The notes under the pieces are model-generated. The model was given only the letters and a program-made list of their open reading frames with translations, searched no databases and had not been told where the DNA came from. A stretch of 29,301 nucleotides of DNA from Candidatus Fraserbacteria bacterium (GTDB taxonomy: Bacteria; Bipolaricaulota; Bipolaricaulia; RBG-16-55-9): assembly GCA_037442925.1 (NCBI GenBank), contig JBBIPG010000025.1, positions 1 to 29,301 of the forward strand, in the 5' to 3' direction. The number at the start of each line of letters is the position of its first letter. The first letter of the stretch is position 1. A program made the position numbers and the translations under genes. Positions 26,371 through 29,301 of the stretch are shown here, piece by piece.

Positions 26371-27606
26371 TTACTTACGGGACGGCAACGTCTCATACAT
26401 CACTCCAGCAACGGTCACACCGGAAAGAAACGTCAGACTTCCAATGGCCGCAATTGCAACGTTCAGATTGAACGCATCGGCCAAAAATCCTGCAGCAAGC
26501 GCACCCACCGCATACCCCCCATCGCGCCATAAGCGATAGACGCCCACAGCCGAAGCACGCCAGTCCGGATGGGCCACGTCCGAGACTGCCGCGAGAAGCG
26601 TGGGATAGACAAGCGCTGTACCCAACCCCAAGAGCACAGCACCCCCCAGCCAGAGCCAGAGACCTTGGCCAATCACAAAGAGCCAGATGCCGATGGCTTG
26701 AACTCCCATTCCGCTGGCGATCATCCACTTGCGTCCCCAACGATCACTGAGCGCCCCCGTGAACAGCTGGGTGAGTCCCCACACACCCGGATAGGCTGCG
26801 GTGATGAGCCCCACTTGGTCAAGCGGCAAGCCAGCGCCGGCCAGAAAGAGTGGCAGCAAGCCCCACACCATTCCATCGTTGAGGTTATTGACCATCCCGG
26901 CTTGGCTGGCAGCGAAGAGCGCCCGATCCTTCCAACTGGTGAGGAATAGAACCTTGGAAAACGATCTGCTTTGCGGGCTTTCGTGCCAGGTGCGCGTTTC
27001 GTGTCGAACATGCCAACTCGTCTCTTTTACAAAGAAGAGCGAAAGCAGCAAGCCTAGCACAACAAACGTCAAGCCCGGGTAGAAAGGCAGCGGTCGCAAA
27101 CCATAGGCGGCTGCCAGATATCCCGTCATCAGGGCCGCAAGGGAGACGGCCACATAACCGGCAAACTCGTTCAACCCCATCGCGAGCCCCCGTCGCTTGG
27201 GACCCACAAGATCGATCTTCATGATCACCGTCGTGGACCAGCAGAGTCCCTGATTGATCCCCAAGAGCACGTTCGCAAAGATCACCCAACTCCAGCTAGG
27301 GGCAAGGATGATCAAGAGTGGCACGGGCAATCCTGCTACCCACCCCGCAATCAGAATGGGCTTTCTACCCCATTGATCGGAAAATCGCCCGGCAAAGAGG
27401 TTGGCAAGAGCCTTGACCACACCGAAACTGATGAGGAAGGTGAGAATGGCAGACTTAGAAGCGAGACTGAAGTCCGTCTCCGCGATCAAGGGGATGACGG
27501 TACGTTCGAGGCCGACCATGGCTCCGACGAAGGCATTAACCACAACGAGCAGCGTGAACTGTTGCCAGTTGGCTCGCAGCCCTAGGGAGACCGGCTTTGC
27601 TGACAT
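26371..27606 (-). CDS. MFS transporter
   Basis: About 12 TM segments; motif A twice (GRFSDQWGRK and GALSDRWGRK). Confidence 0.93.
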   Translation of the reverse strand: MSAKPVSLGLRANWQQFTLLVVVNAFVGAMVGLERTVIPLIAETDFSLASKSAILTFLISFGVVKALANLFAGRFSDQWGRKPILIAGWVAGLPVPLLIILAPSWSWVIFANVLLGINQGLCWSTTVIMKIDLVGPKRRGLAMGLNEFAGYVAVSLAALMTGYLAAAYGLRPLPFYPGLTFVVLGLLLSLFFVKETSWHVRHETRTWHESPQSRSFSKVLFLTSWKDRALFAASQAGMVNNLNDGMVWGLLPLFLAGAGLPLDQVGLITAAYPGVWGLTQLFTGALSDRWGRKWMIASGMGVQAIGIWLFVIGQGLWLWLGGAVLLGLGTALVYPTLLAAVSDVAHPDWRASAVGVYRLWRDGGYAVGALAAGFLADAFNLNVAIAAIGSLTFLSGVTVAGVMYETLPSRK

Positions 27607-27612
27607 GGCCTG

Positions 27613-27906
27613 TCAGGCGTACTTGGTCAAGATCTTCACAATGTCAGAGAGCTGGGCGCGTACGGCAGTGGGATTGGCTCCGTCGCCATCGAGGATGGTG
27701 CGCTCCAACATACGGGCGATCAGATCCGAGAACGTCTTACTGATGGCTTCGCGGACGGCAGCCAACTGTTGCGCAACTTGCTCACAGCTCTGCTCGCGCT
27801 CGATCATCTGGCGAATGCCGCCGATCTGACCCTCGATGCGTGCCAAGCGTGTTACGAGTTCCTTCTTATCTGCTGGAGAGAGGCACTTCAGTTTCATCGT
27901 CTTCAT
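27613..27906 (-). CDS. CsoR/RcnR/CstR-family transcriptional repressor
   Basis: RLARIEGQIGGIRQMIE...CEQVAQQLAAVREAI. Confidence 0.9.
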   Translation of the reverse strand: MKTMKLKCLSPADKKELVTRLARIEGQIGGIRQMIEREQSCEQVAQQLAAVREAISKTFSDLIARMLERTILDGDGANPTAVRAQLSDIVKILTKYA

Positions 27907-27918
27907 GATCGTTCTCTC

Positions 27919-29148
27919 TTATGAATGTGCTTTGGCGAGAGCACAGACGTTTCGGCCCAGTTCCAGCTCAGCAGCCTTTTCACCATCGGCTAGTAACAAC
28001 CCGGCATTCACTCGCTTGATGTCCACATACTGAGGCGGGAATTGCGGCAGGCTACTCAGAATATACTTCACGAACTCCCTCTCGCTCTTCTGAGCCATAA
28101 GTAGTCCTTCATTCTTCTTCGAGAGTTCGCCTAAGGTCGCCAGGAAGCATCCATCGGCATTTGCCTCGCGCGGGCTGCTGAAGTGTCCCGGCAGCACGGT
28201 CATCTCCTTGGGTAGCTCAGAGAGTTTTCGTAGGGAGCGATAGTGCAGGGGAGCCCAGGTCTCTCCTCGACCGCCGAGATCAGGCCGAGCGATTGATTCC
28301 AGAAAGATGCTGTCACCCGTGAACAGATATTTCCCGTTCAACACATAGGCAACGTTCCCCAACGTGTGACCGGGAATGTGAATCGCTTTGATGGATGCCT
28401 TGCCAATGGAAAACTCTTGGCCGTCGCGCAGAGGCTCGAAAGCGATCTGAGCGGGCAGGACGTCTATAGGGTGAATGCCATCGTAGGGATGCAAGTAGTA
28501 GGACACGTGGAGCTGCTCGGCCAGCATAGGACCACTGCTGATGTGATCTGCGTGGGCATGGGTATCCAGTACGAGTGCGATCTGTAGATTCTTCTCCCGT
28601 GCGAAGTTCAAGTATTTCTCAGCATGTCGCAATGGATCGATGACAACCGCATGTCCTTGGCTAGCAATCACGTAGCTCAGGCAGCCGCGCGCAGGTCGAC
28701 TCACTTGATAGACACTGAGTTCATGACTTTCGACAACGGGTTTGAATTCATAGAGGTTGCCCCAGGCATCGAGGTTGCCCCAGGCATCCATTCCGCCTTT
28801 TAAGCTGATGGCATCGTAGCCCAGCATTTGGAGGCCTTGAGCGATCAACTTTGACGTATTGCCCATGTCGCAGACGGCCACGATGGGCTGATCTTTTGGG
28901 AGTTGTTTGGCAAGCTCTTTTTGCGTGTGGGTGACGATAGATCCCAGGGGATCGTCTTTGCCTCCGTGCTTGAAGATCTCGGTGTAGGGAACGTTCAGCG
29001 TGGGTGGGTTCTTACGGTCTTCGATCTTCCAAGCGGAGAATGCCTCGCGGCTGCGCACGTCGAATATGTAGAGTTTTTCATCTCGATCCAAATGCTCTTT
29101 GAGTTCTTGGGCGGTCCACTCTTTCAGAGGAGCTTGTCTTGCGGGCAT
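27919..29148 (-). CDS. Rhodanese-MBL-fold fusion (persulfide dioxygenase/sulfurtransferase-like)
   Basis: N-terminal rhodanese (DVRS, VCDMGNTS, LKGGMDAW), then MBL domain (DTHAHADH, PGHT, FTGDSIF, RPDL, LPGH), ending ELGRNVCA. GAGGTG RBS before the ATG at 29148. Confidence 0.9.
   Translation of the reverse strand: MPARQAPLKEWTAQELKEHLDRDEKLYIFDVRSREAFSAWKIEDRKNPPTLNVPYTEIFKHGGKDDPLGSIVTHTQKELAKQLPKDQPIVAVCDMGNTSKLIAQGLQMLGYDAISLKGGMDAWGNLDAWGNLYEFKPVVESHELSVYQVSRPARGCLSYVIASQGHAVVIDPLRHAEKYLNFAREKNLQIALVLDTHAHADHISSGPMLAEQLHVSYYLHPYDGIHPIDVLPAQIAFEPLRDGQEFSIGKASIKAIHIPGHTLGNVAYVLNGKYLFTGDSIFLESIARPDLGGRGETWAPLHYRSLRKLSELPKEMTVLPGHFSSPREANADGCFLATLGELSKKNEGLLMAQKSEREFVKYILSSLPQFPPQYVDIKRVNAGLLLADGEKAAELELGRNVCALAKAHS
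28753..28788. repeat. Perfect 18-bp tandem duplication
   Basis: GAGGTTGCCCCAGGCATC twice; in frame, giving DAWGNL-DAWGNL. Confidence 0.95.
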
Positions 29149-29185
29149 CGTTTCACCTCGGCTGTTGTAGTTGCAGAAGTATAGC

Positions 29186-29201
29186 ATACCCCTGGGGGTA
29201 G
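29186..29201 (-). promoter_or_regulatory. CsoR-family operator within the operon promoter
   Basis: Palindrome TACCCC-TG-GGGGTA (29187-29200), next to a minus-strand extended -10 TGC-TATACT (29178-29186). Confidence 0.85.
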
Positions 29202-29301
29202 GTAGTGTAGAGTTTGGTGTGTAAAAAGGGGTGAGGTAGAAATGTTGAGACACCAAGAGGGCTCCTTCAAGATGAGTCATCACACTCACAAAGGAGGTCC
29301 T

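Noticed and set aside
29149..29289. N-terminal extension of the rhodanese-MBL ORF
   Set aside because: It spans the promoter and operator; the ATG at 29148 has an RBS.

Overview
Bacterial genomic window, moderately GC-rich. The lineage is probably Ca. Bipolaricaulota/Acetothermia or a relative such as Fraserbacteria, inferred from a characteristic 'LANGVYLYVV...KMMVLR' C-terminal domain and not verified. From left to right it holds: the 3' end of an IS256-family element inserted into a HIT-family gene; a small accessory patch (attC-like half-site, DUF4287/SRPBCC-like gene, uncharacterised small gene pair, Uma2 endonuclease); an archaeal-looking Lhr helicase; a DUF420-like membrane protein; a Dpp/Opp-type binding protein and two permeases with no ATPase; rlpA-like and ACT genes; a four-gene heme-copper oxidoreductase operon; DUF2227; CIRCE-controlled groES-groEL; patatin; LTD and secreted proteins; topA; two DUF302 paralogues around a methyltransferase; tRNA-Leu(TAA); a large secreted cohesin/dockerin-like protein; initiator tRNA-Met; and an MFS/CsoR-family/rhodanese-MBL persulfide-type operon with a clear operator. 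The most striking item is the heme-copper operon. Its subunit I keeps all six His ligands but has Gln where the cross-linking Tyr should be (GHASQQ). This points to an eNOR-type nitric-oxide reductase rather than a ba3 oxygen reductase. It also has an unusual small-subunit/cytochrome c fusion and an apparently co-transcribed Fe-S Rrf2 regulator. All assignments come from motif recognition; no database searches were run.
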